Assembly: GCF_006345805.1 (NCBI RefSeq) | Contig: NC_043001.1 | Span: forward strand, 15,810,001-15,874,000 | DNA: 64,000 nt | Reading direction: 5' to 3' | Source: Octopus sinensis | Lineage: Eukaryota | Part shown: one piece after another, positions 36,429 through 50,234 of the stretch | Layout: each line of letters begins with the position of its first letter | Numbering within the stretch: position 1 is the first letter of the stretch | Position numbers and translations under genes: made by a program | The notes under the pieces: generated by a model | The model's input: the letters and a program-made list of their open reading frames with translations, nothing else | Told to the model about the DNA's origin: nothing | The model's database searches: none

Positions 36429-38188
36429 GTTATTTTTGATAAAATAATTATTATTTTCAAAAACTGATTGAAACAATGACTGCGTTTTTAAACAGCGATA
36501 TCGTAACAAATGGCTTAAATTGTCTTAGTAATTTTCACCGAACTTTCTGAATACAACCATATTAATAGTTATGCTTAGACCATCACAACGGTAAAATTTA
36601 AACAAAATGGTTTACGCTGACGCGGGACCGTCGTAATTAGATCGTCTCAACGGCACCATTTTATTTGTATCATCTCTGAGTCTGATTAACAAACAACCTT
36701 CACTGTCGCTGGACTTTTCATCACCGGATGCATAAATTTATTTTACTATTTAAATGAAAATAAAGTTAATATAAATAGGCCCCTCTCATTTTTTTTTAAA
36801 ACACGCATTTTATTTTAATGGAAAAAAAAAATGTGTTGGAAAAAAATTGTAGAAGCAACCAGGCGACGAAAAACACGTCGACATAAAGTCCACCGTGACA
36901 CCTCCATCTGTCAACACTCTACAAGTCAATGAATGCGGATAAGACCTCGCTGATAGGCTGTGTTCTTGAACATTCCCTTCAATTTCTCTCTGCTAAATTT
37001 CCCGATTTTTCTGAACTAACAAGCTAGTTTTATATACCGCTCGATACGTTAAATTCTATTTTCCTCGTAAAACGAAACATAAATTGCAGCACCACATGCT
37101 GATGGTAATATTATATTAAAATACTGAAGACAGAAAACACCTGAGGACAAGCTACAAATAAACAGCGAATTTTATATAATCATAAACCAAAGCTAGAGAC
37201 AAACATATTCTTTTCTGCTCTAGGTTCAAGGCCTGAAATTTTGGGGGAAGGCCCAGTTGATTAGATCGACCCCGGTACGCAACTGCTACTTAATTTATCG
37301 ACCCCGAAAGGATGAAAGGCAAAGTCGACCTCGGCACAATTCGAACTCGGATCATAAGCATTTTGCCCGCTGTGCTAACGGTTCTGTTCGTTCACTGTCT
37401 TATCATTTACATTGATATTAAGGGGGAATTATGATATCAGTTTCAAATTTTGGTACAAGGCCAGCAATTTTGGGAGAGGAGATAAATCAATTATATCGAC
37501 TCCGGTGCTCAGCTGGTACTTATTTTATCGACCCTCGAAAGGATGAAAGGCAAAAATCGACCTCGGCGGAATTTAAACACTGAACACAAAGTTCGATGAA
37601 ATGCCGCCAAAAATTTTGCCCGGCTTGCTACTGATTTGTGCCAGCTCGCCGCTTTATTCATTACACTGAGATTTAAGGGGGAAATATATCAACTAATGAC
37701 GACATAAGCCTAAACACAGTGACAGGCCCCGATGAGGACCCAGCAATTCCCTTGTAAACATTTAGAAGGCCTCAACGAAAACCATGTCCGATACTCTCCA
37801 AGACCTTTTTCTATTTCATACTCTGGCGAATGTTTCTATTCCAGATTAAAGTAAGTAATGTCTCGAGTCCTAGAACTCAAGGGTTCATGTCCTTTTTAGA
37901 GTTTCTTTGGCCCTTAAGTGACCGAGATGACAACATCTGAACGCGACGCCAGACAGTCGCAGGGTTAGCCGTTTACAGCCGAGTGGAATATGTTGATTAA
38001 TTAGTGAATTAATTTGTAGCCATTAGACCTCTTTGTTTTCTAAGTCAATAATAACGTTTGGTATCTTACGATATCTTATATAATATATTCGTTGAAGTAA
38101 TATCGCTTCAAAATATAATACATTAAACCAGTGTATTTTGGATAAAAATATCCCTATAAGGGATTTAAATATCCTCATTCTGACTATA

Positions 38189-38256
<68 letters not shown>

Positions 38257-39300
38257 CATGTGTATACATATATATATATATATATATATAGGTATACACA
38301 TGTATATATATACATACATACATACATACCTACATACATACATACATGCATACATACATACATGCATACCTACCTACCTACATGCATACATACATACATA
38401 CATACATACATACATACATACATGCATACATACATACACGAGTATGTTGTGTGTTTGTTCGCATGCAAATGGTTTACAGATACAAAAATAAAGTACTCAA
38501 TACCTGGGGAAATTCAAATACATTATATATTTATATTTATTAAGTTGTTCCCAGAGTTATTCCCGTTTCGATTCGCGCTGATTCGGATTACCGCCATCAA
38601 GCTACTGAAGTGTGTGCTAGCTTCACATATATAGTCTTACCCTCGAGGCCTGGGGCCGGGTGGTGTAGAGACGGAAGGGGGTATGCAGTTCAAAGAAGCT
38701 TCTGAAGCTAAGGAAGGGTGTATAGTGTGACAACTGTTTGGGGATTTTGTGTGTATATTTTTGCCTTGACCAACCGGTTATCCGATCCCTTTGACCCACT
38801 TCTACATCGCCAACTCATTTATGCGGGTCTCCATTTACACCCCGCGTATCAAGTCTGTATATTTATACAGACACAGCAATCTAAGCATATATACGTCTAC
38901 ATATGTATACATATAAACTATATATATACGAATTAGTGCCACCATGTACGCACATACTTAGATAAAGAGGACCGGATTTTCCAATACGCAGGCAACCTCA
39001 TTCGTGAATACATTTATACAGATGTATATCCGTAATAAACGCATATAAGCATATACAGCCTCAAGTCTAAAAAGTTTTATGTATATAGTTTCATATAACC
39101 ACACACACAAATTCATATACATATATTTATGTGTGTATATACTGTTGTGTCTGGGGAGAGTCATTTTCTTTTTGTGCCTTATAATGTAACACACTCACCG
39201 GTAAAATTTCCACTTATTTCTTATTTTCATTTTCCTAAAATTTTCGTTGCGTCTTGCAACCTTTTCAGTAGTCTTTGCAAACCAAATCCCAAAACGAAAT

Positions 39301-39577
39301 GTATGTATATAATTTAGAGAAAAACCACTATTAAACAATTCAATAAAGAAATATGTTATTCACACCATATAGAAAACTTATACTATAAAGAGAACCTTAT
39401 TTTAAAAATCAACAAAGTACAATAAATAAAGTACAACAAATAATATACTTATTGTACTTTATTGATTTTTAAAATAAGGTTGTTTTTATATATATATATA
39501 TGTTTTCTATATGGTGTGAATAACATCTTTCTTTATCGAATTATTTAATAGTGTTTTTTTTCTAAATTATATACATA
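39301..39577. repeat. Long AT-rich foldback with ~125-bp imperfect inverted arms
   Basis: For example atgttattcacaccatatagaaaac vs gttttctatatggtgtgaataacat, and aaccttattttaaaaatcaa vs ttgatttttaaaataaggtt. Confidence 0.85.
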
Positions 39578-39691
39578 TATTATGTATTGTGAAATTTGAT
39601 TTAAAATTGTTAGATTGAATTTTTCCCTGTAAGTTTTGTAATTATATTCCCTACTATTAATATTATAATATATATTTATATATATTATATA

Positions 39692-40022
39692 TAGGCGTAG
39701 GAGTGGCTGTGTAGTAGTAGCTTGCTTATGAACCACATGGTTCAGGGTTCATTCCCACTGTGTGGCACCTTGGGTGTCTTCTACTATAGCCTCGGAAACT
39801 GAAAGAAGCCCGTCGTACATATGTATATGTATATATGTGTGTGTGTGTGTCTGTGTGCCTGTGTTTGTCCCCCCCCAACATCACTTGAGAACCGATGCTG
39901 GTGCGTTTACGTCCCCGTAACTTAGCGGTTCGGCAAGAGTCCAATAGAATAAGTACTAGGCTTACAAAGAATAAGTCCTGAAGGCAGTACTGACTGAAAA
40001 TGACTGAAACAAGTATAAAAGA
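39692..40022 (+). mobile_element. SINE family A (with deletions)
   Basis: Head and tail match family A. Confidence 0.85.
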
Positions 40023-40999
40023 ATATATATACATATATAAATACATAAATCTCCCTCTGCCTGTTTGTCGCTTTCTCTCTCTCTTTGTCTCTCTCTCTAT
40101 ATATATTATAATGGGGCCGGTTTATGGGGTTACCCTGGGTTTCACGCTTATAAGGGGTTTAGCCAGATCTGGTCTTTCTCATTCGCAGAATGAACCCCAC
40201 TTAATCTTGCTCAGATTGCTTTCAATGTTGGTGTATCGGGGCAACTCTGAATTTTGATCACAATCACCCAATTACTTTATCTCGTAAATTAAAGAACCTG
40301 ATGTTAATTGGAATTAAAATTGGGAAATTTGGGTAATTTTAGCCAATCAGCAGACAGCGTGGCATTATCAGCTTGTTACCATGACAACCAAACGCTGCGT
40401 TGTGGTTCAGTTGTTCCATGTTGATTTTTCACACTTGGTTCTTCACACCACGAGATTCTCTTCACCCGCGCGTTTTTGTTTTAGTTTTTCTGTGTGTTAG
40501 TATATTACATATTTTTCCGTGCTTCTGTGTCTTAGTATTTTTCTCTACTTTTTCTGTGTTTGTATTTTTACATATTTTTCACTTCATATATTTTGGGGAC
40601 ACATTGACTTAGACAACTGGATTTATTAGTTCACTTGGTTAATTCTATTCATAAACATTTAAATTAGGAGTATTTCTTAAATCGTTAGCTTCACATTTCA
40701 ACAGCTTAACTGAAATTTAGCCCGCGTAACAGGAACTGAGAGGGATATCGTGGAACAGAGAAACTGTGGGTGATACAGATAATTTGACATTATTTTTGAA
40801 TTCTGTATGCAAAAACATATAAGACAAAAATATTCTTTTTCCTTGGGACAAATTCTTTGTTGACCAGTGTTCTTCTTATCGTAGTTTACAAATCCAAGCA
40901 TGAAAACGCTACTCAACTTCGGAGTTTTGAAGACAGATGCCACCTTCACACATACACACACACATACACACACGAATACATGAATGTATATTCTTTACC

Positions 41000-41407
41000 C
41001 TCTTTTACTCCTTTACTTGTTTCACTCATTTGACTGCAGCCATGCTGGAGCACCGCCTTTAGTCGAGCAAATCGACCCCAGGACTTATTCTTTGGAAACC
41101 TAGTACTTATTCTATCGGTCTCTTTTGCCAAACCTCTAGATTACGGGGGCGTAAACACACCAGCATCGGTTTTCTAGCGATGTTGGGGGGGGGACAAACA
41201 CAGACAAACATATATACACACACATACATATATATATATACATATATATGACGGGCTTCTTTCAGTTTCCGTCTCGCAAATCCACTCACAATGCTTTGGT
41301 CGGCCCGAGGCTACAGTAGAAGACACTTGCCCAAGGTGCCACGCAGTGGGACTGAACCCGGAACCATGTGGTTCTAAGCTGCTTACCACACAGCCACTCT
41401 GGCGCCT
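41000..41407 (-). mobile_element. Full-length SINE family A
   Basis: Matches 7416-7799. Confidence 0.9.
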
Positions 41408-42199
41408 ATATATAAATTTATATATGAAATAAAAGTATATATGAATACATACATCCACATGCAGTTATATATTAATGATGTACATAAATACATGGCAGGT
41501 ATACATAATACTGAAATACGCATAGAGTAAACACGTGCAGACAAATATATTAATATAACAAATTTAAAAAATAATAATAAAACCATAAATAAATGAAGAG
41601 ACAAAGTATTTCTGTTTATTTAGAAACCTACAATGAACAGGTAAGACGCTAAACTCTAAATTTCACAGGGTACAACCTCAAAGTTGACACCGCTCCGCTA
41701 AACGCAGAAAATTTCTGTCTCGCTATTGGCTCGCTATTTAAACCTCTGTAACTTTTTCTCCAATTTTTTTTTTCTCCACAACATTATACCTTCAAAGCAA
41801 TGAGTCTGGAATGCTACATTATTATAGTAGATTTTTAGAATTTTTACTGTCTTTTAAAAAAATGCATAATTTGTGAATGAAAAAAAAAAAAAAAGATTCG
41901 TTTAGCCTTATGTCGTATCTTCAGACCTCGAACACAGCTGGCTCAGACCCCTTCAAAATATATACAAACGGTATATATATGTATATATGTCCAGAAGGTT
42001 GTTTGTTATGGCCTGTCATTGACCGACCATTGGTTCGCACGTGTCATTTGCGATTCGGCCGAAGCAAATAGCCGGTGACACACAACCGTTACACACCTGG
42101 AGGGAGGAAAACGTCATGGTCAGTTAATTCCGTAAATAAAAAATTTCAGAATTCAAGAACTACATGAGAGTGTGCGTGTGTATGTGTGTATACATATAT

Positions 42200-42222
42200 A
42201 TATATATAATATACATATATAT

Positions 42223-42269
<47 letters not shown>

Positions 42270-42600
42270 GTATATATACATATATATAAATATAATACAT
42301 ATACATACATATATAGGTATGTGTGTGTGTAGGTGTGTGTGTATGTGTGTGTCTGAGTGTGTGTGTTATGCTGTGTTTCTTTGTGTCTGTATTTGTCTCC
42401 CACCACCGCTAGACAACCGCTGTTGGTGTGTTTACGTCTCCTTAATTCGGTAAAAGAAACTTATAGAATTAATACCAGGTTTTAAAATTAAAAATACTGG
42501 GTTCAATTCGTTCGACTGAAATTTTTCAAGGCGTTGCCCCAGCATGGCCGCATCCTAACGGCTGAAACGATGTGAGAAGCAAGTTTTTTCTGCTTTACAG

Positions 42601-42673
<73 letters not shown>

Positions 42674-43005
42674 GTATATATAATATATATAAATATAATA
42701 CATATACATACATATATAGGTATGTGTGTGTGTGTAGGTGTGTGTGTATGTGTGTGTCTGAGTGTGTGTGTTATGCTGTGTTTCTTTGTGTCTGTATTTG
42801 TCTCCCACCACCGCTAGACAACCGCTGTTGGTGTGTTTACGTCTCCTTAATTCGGTAAAAGAAACTTATAGAATTAATACCAGGTTTTAAAATTAAAAAT
42901 ACTGGGTTCAATTCGTTCGACTGAAATTTTTCAAGGCGTTGCCCCAGCATGGCCGCATCCTAACGGCTGAAACGATGTGAGAAGCAAGTTTTTTCTGCTT
43001 TACAG

Positions 43006-43030
<25 letters not shown>
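42200..43030. repeat. Near-identical tandem duplication, period ~405 bp
   Basis: The non-microsatellite part is identical at an offset of 405 (e.g. ccagcatggccgcatcc at 42539 and 42944). Confidence 0.9.
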
Positions 43031-43091
<61 letters not shown>

Positions 43092-44294
43092 TGTATATAC
43101 ATACATACATACATTCATATAGTTGCTTACCAACTGCATGATTCCGGGCTCAGCCCCACTGCGTGGAACCTTGGGCAAGTATCTTCTACTATAGCCTCGG
43201 GCCGACCAAAGCCTTGTGAGTGGATTTGGTAGACAGAAACTGAAAGAAGCCTGTCGTGTATATGTGTGTGTGCGTGTATGTATGTGTGTGTTTGTCCCCC
43301 CCCCCACCATCGTTTGACAACCGTCTACGTCCCCGTAACTTAGTAGTTCGGCAAGAAAGTCTGATAGAGTAAGTACTAGGCTTACAAAGAATAAGTCCTG
43401 GAGTCGATTTGTTCGACTAAAGGCGGTGTTCCAGCATGGCCGCAGTCAAATGACAGAAATAAATAACGCAGAGTACATTTAAAAAAACCAAGTCTAGAGA
43501 TTAAATGTTTGTCTATTTGATACATTCTTATACGTATTTCATTAGCAATAATATCTATTGTATAAGGAATTACCTTACAAATGTTTGTCGATACCAGAGC
43601 GCTATCCATAGGTTTTATATAATCTAATGTCTTTTCTTTGTTTTGTTACGAAATCTCTGGTGATTTGATGCTGTAATCCATTTATAAGGGTATAATAGAT
43701 ATTCTTTTTTACTCTTGGCACATGGCCTGAAATTTTGGGGGAGGGGGGGCCAGTCGATGAGATCGACCCCAGTACGTAACTGGTACTTATTTTATCAATC
43801 CCGGAAGGATGAAAGACAGAGCCGACCTCGGCGGAATTTGAACTTAAAACGTAAAGACACTAAATACCGCTAAGCATCTCGACCGGCGTTCTAACGTTTC
43901 TGCCAGCTCGCCATCATAAGGATATAATAGATATTGTTAATGAAATACTTCTGACAAGGTAGGGAATAAACGTATATACAACGTATATACATCACCACAC
44001 TTTTCTCTCTCTCTCTCCTTACACACAAACGTACGCACATATGTATGTAGAAATGTGCGCACATATATATACCCATACGCGCACATACAGACACACACAG
44101 AAGCACATATGGAAAGGGCCACTCGACTGATCGGTATGAAATCATTCACGAACACTCTCTAGTTCTTCTGGCCATACGATTACAATACTATCCGACAACT
44201 TACTATGCACTGACAACAACGAGAAATTGCAATTAAACAACAATGAAACTACATCAAAACAACACAAGATATGAAAAATAACTTCTACAAAAAT

Positions 44295-44704
44295 AGGCGC
44301 AGGAGTGGCTGTGTGGTAAGTAGCTTGCTAACCAACCACATGGTTCCGGGTTCAGTCCCACTGCGTGGCATCTTGGGCAAGTGTCTTCTGCTATAGCCCC
44401 GGGCCGACCAATGCCTTGTGAGTGGATTTGGTAGACGGAAACTGAAAGAAGCCTGTCGTATATATGTATATATATATATATAAGTGTGTGTGTATATGTT
44501 TGTGTGTCTGTGTTTGTCCCCCTAGCATTGCTTGACAACCGATGCTGGTGTGTTTACGTCCCCGTCACTTAGCGGTTCGGCAAAAGAGACCGATAGAATA
44601 AGTACTGGGCTTACAAAGAATAAGTTCCGGTGCTGCAGCATGGCCGCAGTCAAATGACTGAAACAAGTAAAAGAGTAAAGAGTAAAAGAGTAAAGAGTAA
44701 AGAG
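44295..44704 (+). mobile_element. Full-length SINE family A
   Basis: aggcgcaggagtggctgtgtggtaag...ggttcagtcc...(gtaaaaga)n tail. Confidence 0.9.
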
Positions 44705-45876
44705 ATTAATGATGAGGGCAATAGTCACAACATAACACAACATCACAATGGCTCCATACAAGATATACATCTAACGGTCGAATTTAAAATTCTGACAGTT
44801 AAGTACACATCAAACATGTTGGCCCTGTTTGCCATGTTTATGCGAAGCATATTGGTCCCGTTTATTATAAAGAGGCAGCAACATGCGCCAGTGTTACTTC
44901 ATTCGGAAGGTGAGACTGTGAAGGTATAGAAATGTCGGTAATGGTTTTTAGGACCTTTAATGTACCATACAAAATATGTGAGGTGCCCATACAAAATTAT
45001 GAAAACAAAATCTCTTTGATTAAATCATAAGTAAAATTAGAACTTGGCCGAGTTTCCATGTGTATGTGTATGTACATTTATGTATGTATGTATGCATATA
45101 TACACACACCTGTAAATATATATATATATATATATACTTATATACATACATGTAAATATATATGCATGTACATTTATGCGTGTATGGCCGCAGCAAACGA
45201 AATATATGGTGTGTGTGGTGTGTGTGTGTGTGTGTGTATGTGTATCTCTCTTTCTCTCTCTCTCTTTCTCTCTGTCTGTCTCTCTTTCACATACACACAC
45301 ACACACATACATACATGCAGACGCACATACGTCTTTCTATCTTTGTCTCTCTCTCTCTCTCACACACACATACCGACACACACACACATACACACACACA
45401 TACACACACACATACACACACACTCTCTCTCTCTCTTTCTTTCACACACACACATGCACATACACATACATACATGCCGACGCACACATTTACTCATACA
45501 CACACAGACTCTATCTTTGTCTATCTGTCTATCTGTCTATCTGTTTGTCTGTCGTCTGTCTATCTGTTTCTCTCTCTCTCACACACAACATACCGACACA
45601 AACACACACACACACACAAAGTTTCTCTCTCTCTCTCACTCCTCTCTCACACACCACACACGTACCGACACCCCGCTCACACCTCGTCTTCATCCATTAC
45701 AGACGACATGTCATGTCCATTGAACATTCCCACGTCAACCAAACTAAACAATGAACAACATTTAATATGTGAACACAACTACAACACATACAACTACAAA
45801 CCATATTCCACTCTTTCTCTCTCTCCCTCTCCCTCACCCTCACCCTCTCTGCTTCTTTTATAGTCACGATCTCATT

Positions 45877-45916
<40 letters not shown>

Positions 45917-46263
45917 CGTTTCCCTCTATCTTTCCCTCTTCCCTGTTTCTATCTTTCTCTCTCTCTCTCTCTCTCGGTTTCTCTCTCACGCCCTCTCTCT
46001 ACTCAGGTTTTTTCTCTCCTTCTCTCCCCCTCTGTGCTTCTCTTACAGTCGAATCCCTTTTCTTTTTCCCTCTCTCTTTCTTTGCTTCAACTTGTCTGTC
46101 TGTCTTTCTCTCTCTTTCTCTTTCTCTCTCTCTCTCTGGGTTTCTATCTCTGGCTGGCCCTTACTATCATCTTCACTCTCCCTCTATTTTTCTCAGTCTG
46201 CTATTTTGTCTCTCTTTCTCTCTTTCACTTTTGCTCTCTCTCTCTCTCTCTCTCTCACTTCTG

Positions 46264-46299
<36 letters not shown>

Positions 46300-46694
46300 T
46301 TTTCTCTGCTTCTGCCTTTCTCACTTTCTCTCTCTCTCCCTCCCTCTCTCTTTCCCAATCTCATTATTTCTCTTATGTCTTCCCCTCTCTCTCACCAATT
46401 CTCTTATATCTCCCGCCCGTCTCTCTCTCTCTCTCTCTCTCTCTCGTTCTCTTTCATCCCTTCTCACGTTAATGACTTCGTAGGCGTCATGTGATTGTTA
46501 TTCCGATTTCAAATCACTCGACTTCGCCATTAACCGTTCCAGACTTGCAAAAATAAAATTCCAATCATATATTTTTTGACCATGCAGTCGACTTGATATT
46601 ATTCACGGCAGAATAATCGGCACAGCACATGAAGGCTTAATTATTCTACCAAAGCATGATGTCACCAGTACCCCCATCGACAGGATGCTAATAT

Positions 46695-47372
46695 TCTTTT
46701 CTATTCTAGGCACAAGGCCCGAAATTTGGGGGGAGGAGCCCAGTCGATTAGGTCGACTCCAGTACGCAACTGGTACTTAATTTGTGGACTCCGAAAGAAT
46801 GAAATGTAAAGTCGACCACGGCGGAATTTGAACTCAGAACGTAAAGACAGACGAAATATCGCTAAGCATTGAGCCCGGCGTGCTAACGATTCTGCCAGCT
46901 CGCCGCCTTGTTATTCGTCTCTACTCTAGGCACAAGGCCCGAAATTTTGGGGGAGGAGGCCAGTGAATTCGATCAACCCCAGTAGGCAACTGGTACTTAA
47001 TTTATCGATCCCGAAAGGATGAAAGGCAAAGTCGACCTCGGCGGAATTTGAACTCAGAACATAAAGACAGACGAAATACCTATTTCTTTATTACCCACAA
47101 GGGGCTAAGCATAGAGGAGACAAACAAAGACAGACAAACGGATTAAGTCGATTACATCGACCCTAGTGCGTAACCTGGTACTTAATTTATCGACCCCGAA
47201 AGGATGAAAGGCAAAGTCGACCTCGACGGAATTTGAACTCAGAACGAAACGGCAGACGAAATACGGCTACGCATTTCGCCCGGCGTGCTAACGTTTCTGC
47301 CAGCTCGCCGCCTTCATAGATAATATAAATATTCTTTTCTATTCTAGGTACAAGACTCGAAATTTTGGGGCT
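46695..47372 (-). mobile_element. Tandem cluster of SINE family C copies
   Basis: Copies at 46695-46908 and 46915-47312 (the latter with duplicated core), plus a tail fragment at 47330-47372. Confidence 0.85.
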
Positions 47373-47530
47373 GAATTTGTTGAGTATATAAACGAAGTAG
47401 GTTGATCAGAGGCTGTATACACACCTGATGAAACCTCAATAAGTTTCGAAAATCGGTTAAGGTTGTTTGTAAATTTTTGCTGTTAGTCTACGAAGAAATT
47501 GCCATGTAGGTTTACACACACACACACTCA

Positions 47531-47592
<62 letters not shown>

Positions 47593-47713
47593 CATTCATA
47601 CATGCATGTATGAATGTATGCATGTATGAATGTATATATGAATAAATGAATGCATGTATGCACACATACGCACACACATATACACGTAGCTTTTCTTTCC
47701 TGTCTCTATGTAA

Positions 47714-47989
47714 CTATGTCAGGTGTATTCTATTTGAACTGAGTGGACCTTTTGGCGGGAAGGTTCTGTAAGTTGAAATGCGTGAATTTGACGTCAAACT
47801 TATATCTATGTATTTATTTAAGGGCAATTCTTCTGTGGATGTCATTGTACATTGTTTTAGCAACAATGTCATGCTGTATATGAAGATAAAAAGCCTTGAT
47901 GACATTTTGGGGTGAATGCTGGTTATATAAGTCAATAAGGAGTAGAAAGACTCTAGGTGGCCGTGCGCCGAGCTAGAAATACCAGTCAA
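47714..47989 (-). pseudogene. Possible decayed Penelope-type reverse transcriptase fragment
   Basis: ...GHLESFYSLLTYITSIHPK...TMTSTEELP...IDI...STYR resembles the Penelope RT segment LNSxHPxIKFTxE...LPFLD...YRKPT. Recognised by eye only. Confidence 0.3.
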
Positions 47990-49954
47990 TTTTCTCTCAG
48001 ATCACTCATATCTCTTTAATAAAAGATGTATGAACATATTGGCTAATGTTGTTGATTATATTAGTTATCTGGAGACAAAGATTTCCTGTGGGGCTTGATC
48101 TGCTAGAATTAGCAGCCAAATATTTCCTCAATTCACTCATATCTCTTGCAAGAAAAAAAAAAAAGAAATGATGAACATATTGGCTAATACAGTCCTGCTT
48201 ATATTATGTCCATATATGTCTAAAAACATCAGATGAGGTGGTCATGGCCGGACCACACTACTTAGTCATATGCCTTCTCGATTAGGGTCGATATGGAGTT
48301 AAGCAACGACTACAATAACAGCAACAAAGAAGATATGCATTGTTTGGAAATCATGCAGAATGGTCATAACTGGATCACTTTTGCCTGATCGGAGTTGACC
48401 GGTGGTTAAATATATAAAAATAGCTTATTATATATATATATTTATTTATTTATTTATTTATCGTTTACTTGTTGGACTGCGGCCATGCTGGGGCACCGCA
48501 TTGAAGGGGTTTAGTCGAACATATCGTCCCCAGGACTTATTTCTTAAAGTCTGGTACTTTTGCTGAACTTTTAATTTACAGGGACGTAAACAAACAAACA
48601 CCAGCTATTACGCGGCGATGGGGAGGAAACAGAAATACAAAGATACGAACATATACATACACATAATATAAAAAAAACACACACACATAGATATGACAGG
48701 CTTCCACACAGTTTCCACCTTTGAATTCATTGACAGAGCATTTGTTGACCCTAGGCGGTTGTAGAAGACGTTTGTTCTAGATGCCACACACTGAGATTGA
48801 ACCCAGAACAACGTGGATACAAAGCAGATTTCTGAATCACACAGCCCTTTATTATTATTGTATATATAACATAATGCAAACGTGTAGCTTTTTTGTGCAT
48901 TTTGTTTGCAGAAAATAACGAAATAACCGTAATTAGGTTTAATAAATGTAGCTTATTGCAAGTTATGGCTGATTTAAGGTATTTTCGCGCCCGACATCAC
49001 AAAATGCGTTTGAATAAACATTGCCGGACAGCAAATAGAGACTCAGACATTGCTTAGAAAATAATCTTCATTTTAAACCTCGTATATAGTACGCACTAGG
49101 AATTTTGATCTTTAAATTTTGGAAAAAAAGTGCGGATTATTCTCGAGGATTTACTGTAATTTATCTGAGCCCAAACGTTGAAAGTGAAGCAACTGCACCG
49201 TGAAGCAACTATTTAATAACAAGCAAACCTGTTAAATTCAATATAAATTTAAGGCTTTTTTTTTTTTGTGCGGTGCCTAAATATTCGCCGCGTAGCTGCG
49301 ACCAGGTAACAGGTATATTTCCGCTGTAATTGAGTTGTAGCGGAAATATGAACACTTCACGAAATAAATTTTGAATTTAAATTGAATTTAACAGATTTTT
49401 TGCGATGTTAAATGGCTCCTCTACGATGTAGAATGTATGTTTTAGTTCTGAAATTTGTCACTCATAGTCGCAGACGTGACTGTGTGGTTAAGAAGTTCGT
49501 TTTGCAACCACGTGATTTCGAGTTCATTCCTGCTACGCGGCAATTTGGGCAAGGTTTTTTTACTACAACCACCGGACCGATAAGTGCCATATCAATGAAT
49601 TTGTAGACGGAAACTGTGGAACCCTTTGTAAAATAGTTAAGCATGAATGTATGTATGTATGTTATTATTCAGTTTTATTTCAACATTTCTTGCCAATAGA
49701 GAAAGAGCAGGTTTCTAACCTAGATCTAAGGCTCCTTCATTGGAATTTCAACATCAGCAAGGTATGTATGTATGTATGTATGTATGTATGTATGTATGTA
49801 TGTATGTATGTATGTATGTATGTATGTATGTATGTATGTATGTATGTATGTATGTATGTATGTATGTATTGTTTTATGTTTGTCTTCTCACGCATATACT
49901 TGCATATATAGACAAGCACATATATAAAAATAATAAAATAAATGGGCCCTTTTA

Positions 49955-50179
49955 AAGCTCATGGGTCCGGTTTCCCGGTTTCTATGGCGTATGTGTTCCC
50001 CAGCTGGACGGGACACCAGTCCATCGCAGCGTTACTCATTTTTGCCGGCTGAGTGGACTGGAGCAACGTGAAATGAAGTGTTTTGCTCAAGAACACAACG
50101 CGTCGCCCGATCCTGGAATCGAAACCACAATCTTACGATCATGGTGCCGACACCCTAACCACTAAGCCACGCGCCTCCA
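49955..50179 (-). mobile_element. tRNA-derived SINE, chimeric (B-like head, E core, 13128-type tail)
   Basis: Head ggaggcgcgtggcttagtggttaggg...gtttcgattcc; core cacgttgctccagtccactcag; tail gcgatggactggtgtcccgtccag. Confidence 0.75.
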
Positions 50180-50234
50180 CTAAGCACATATATACTTAAA
50201 TGATAAACAACTGGAGTATGTATGTCTCTATCTT

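Noticed and set aside
49315-49349. 15-bp hairpin as a structured RNA
   Set aside because: Too short for a pre-miRNA, and it sits among DNA-transposon-like fragments.
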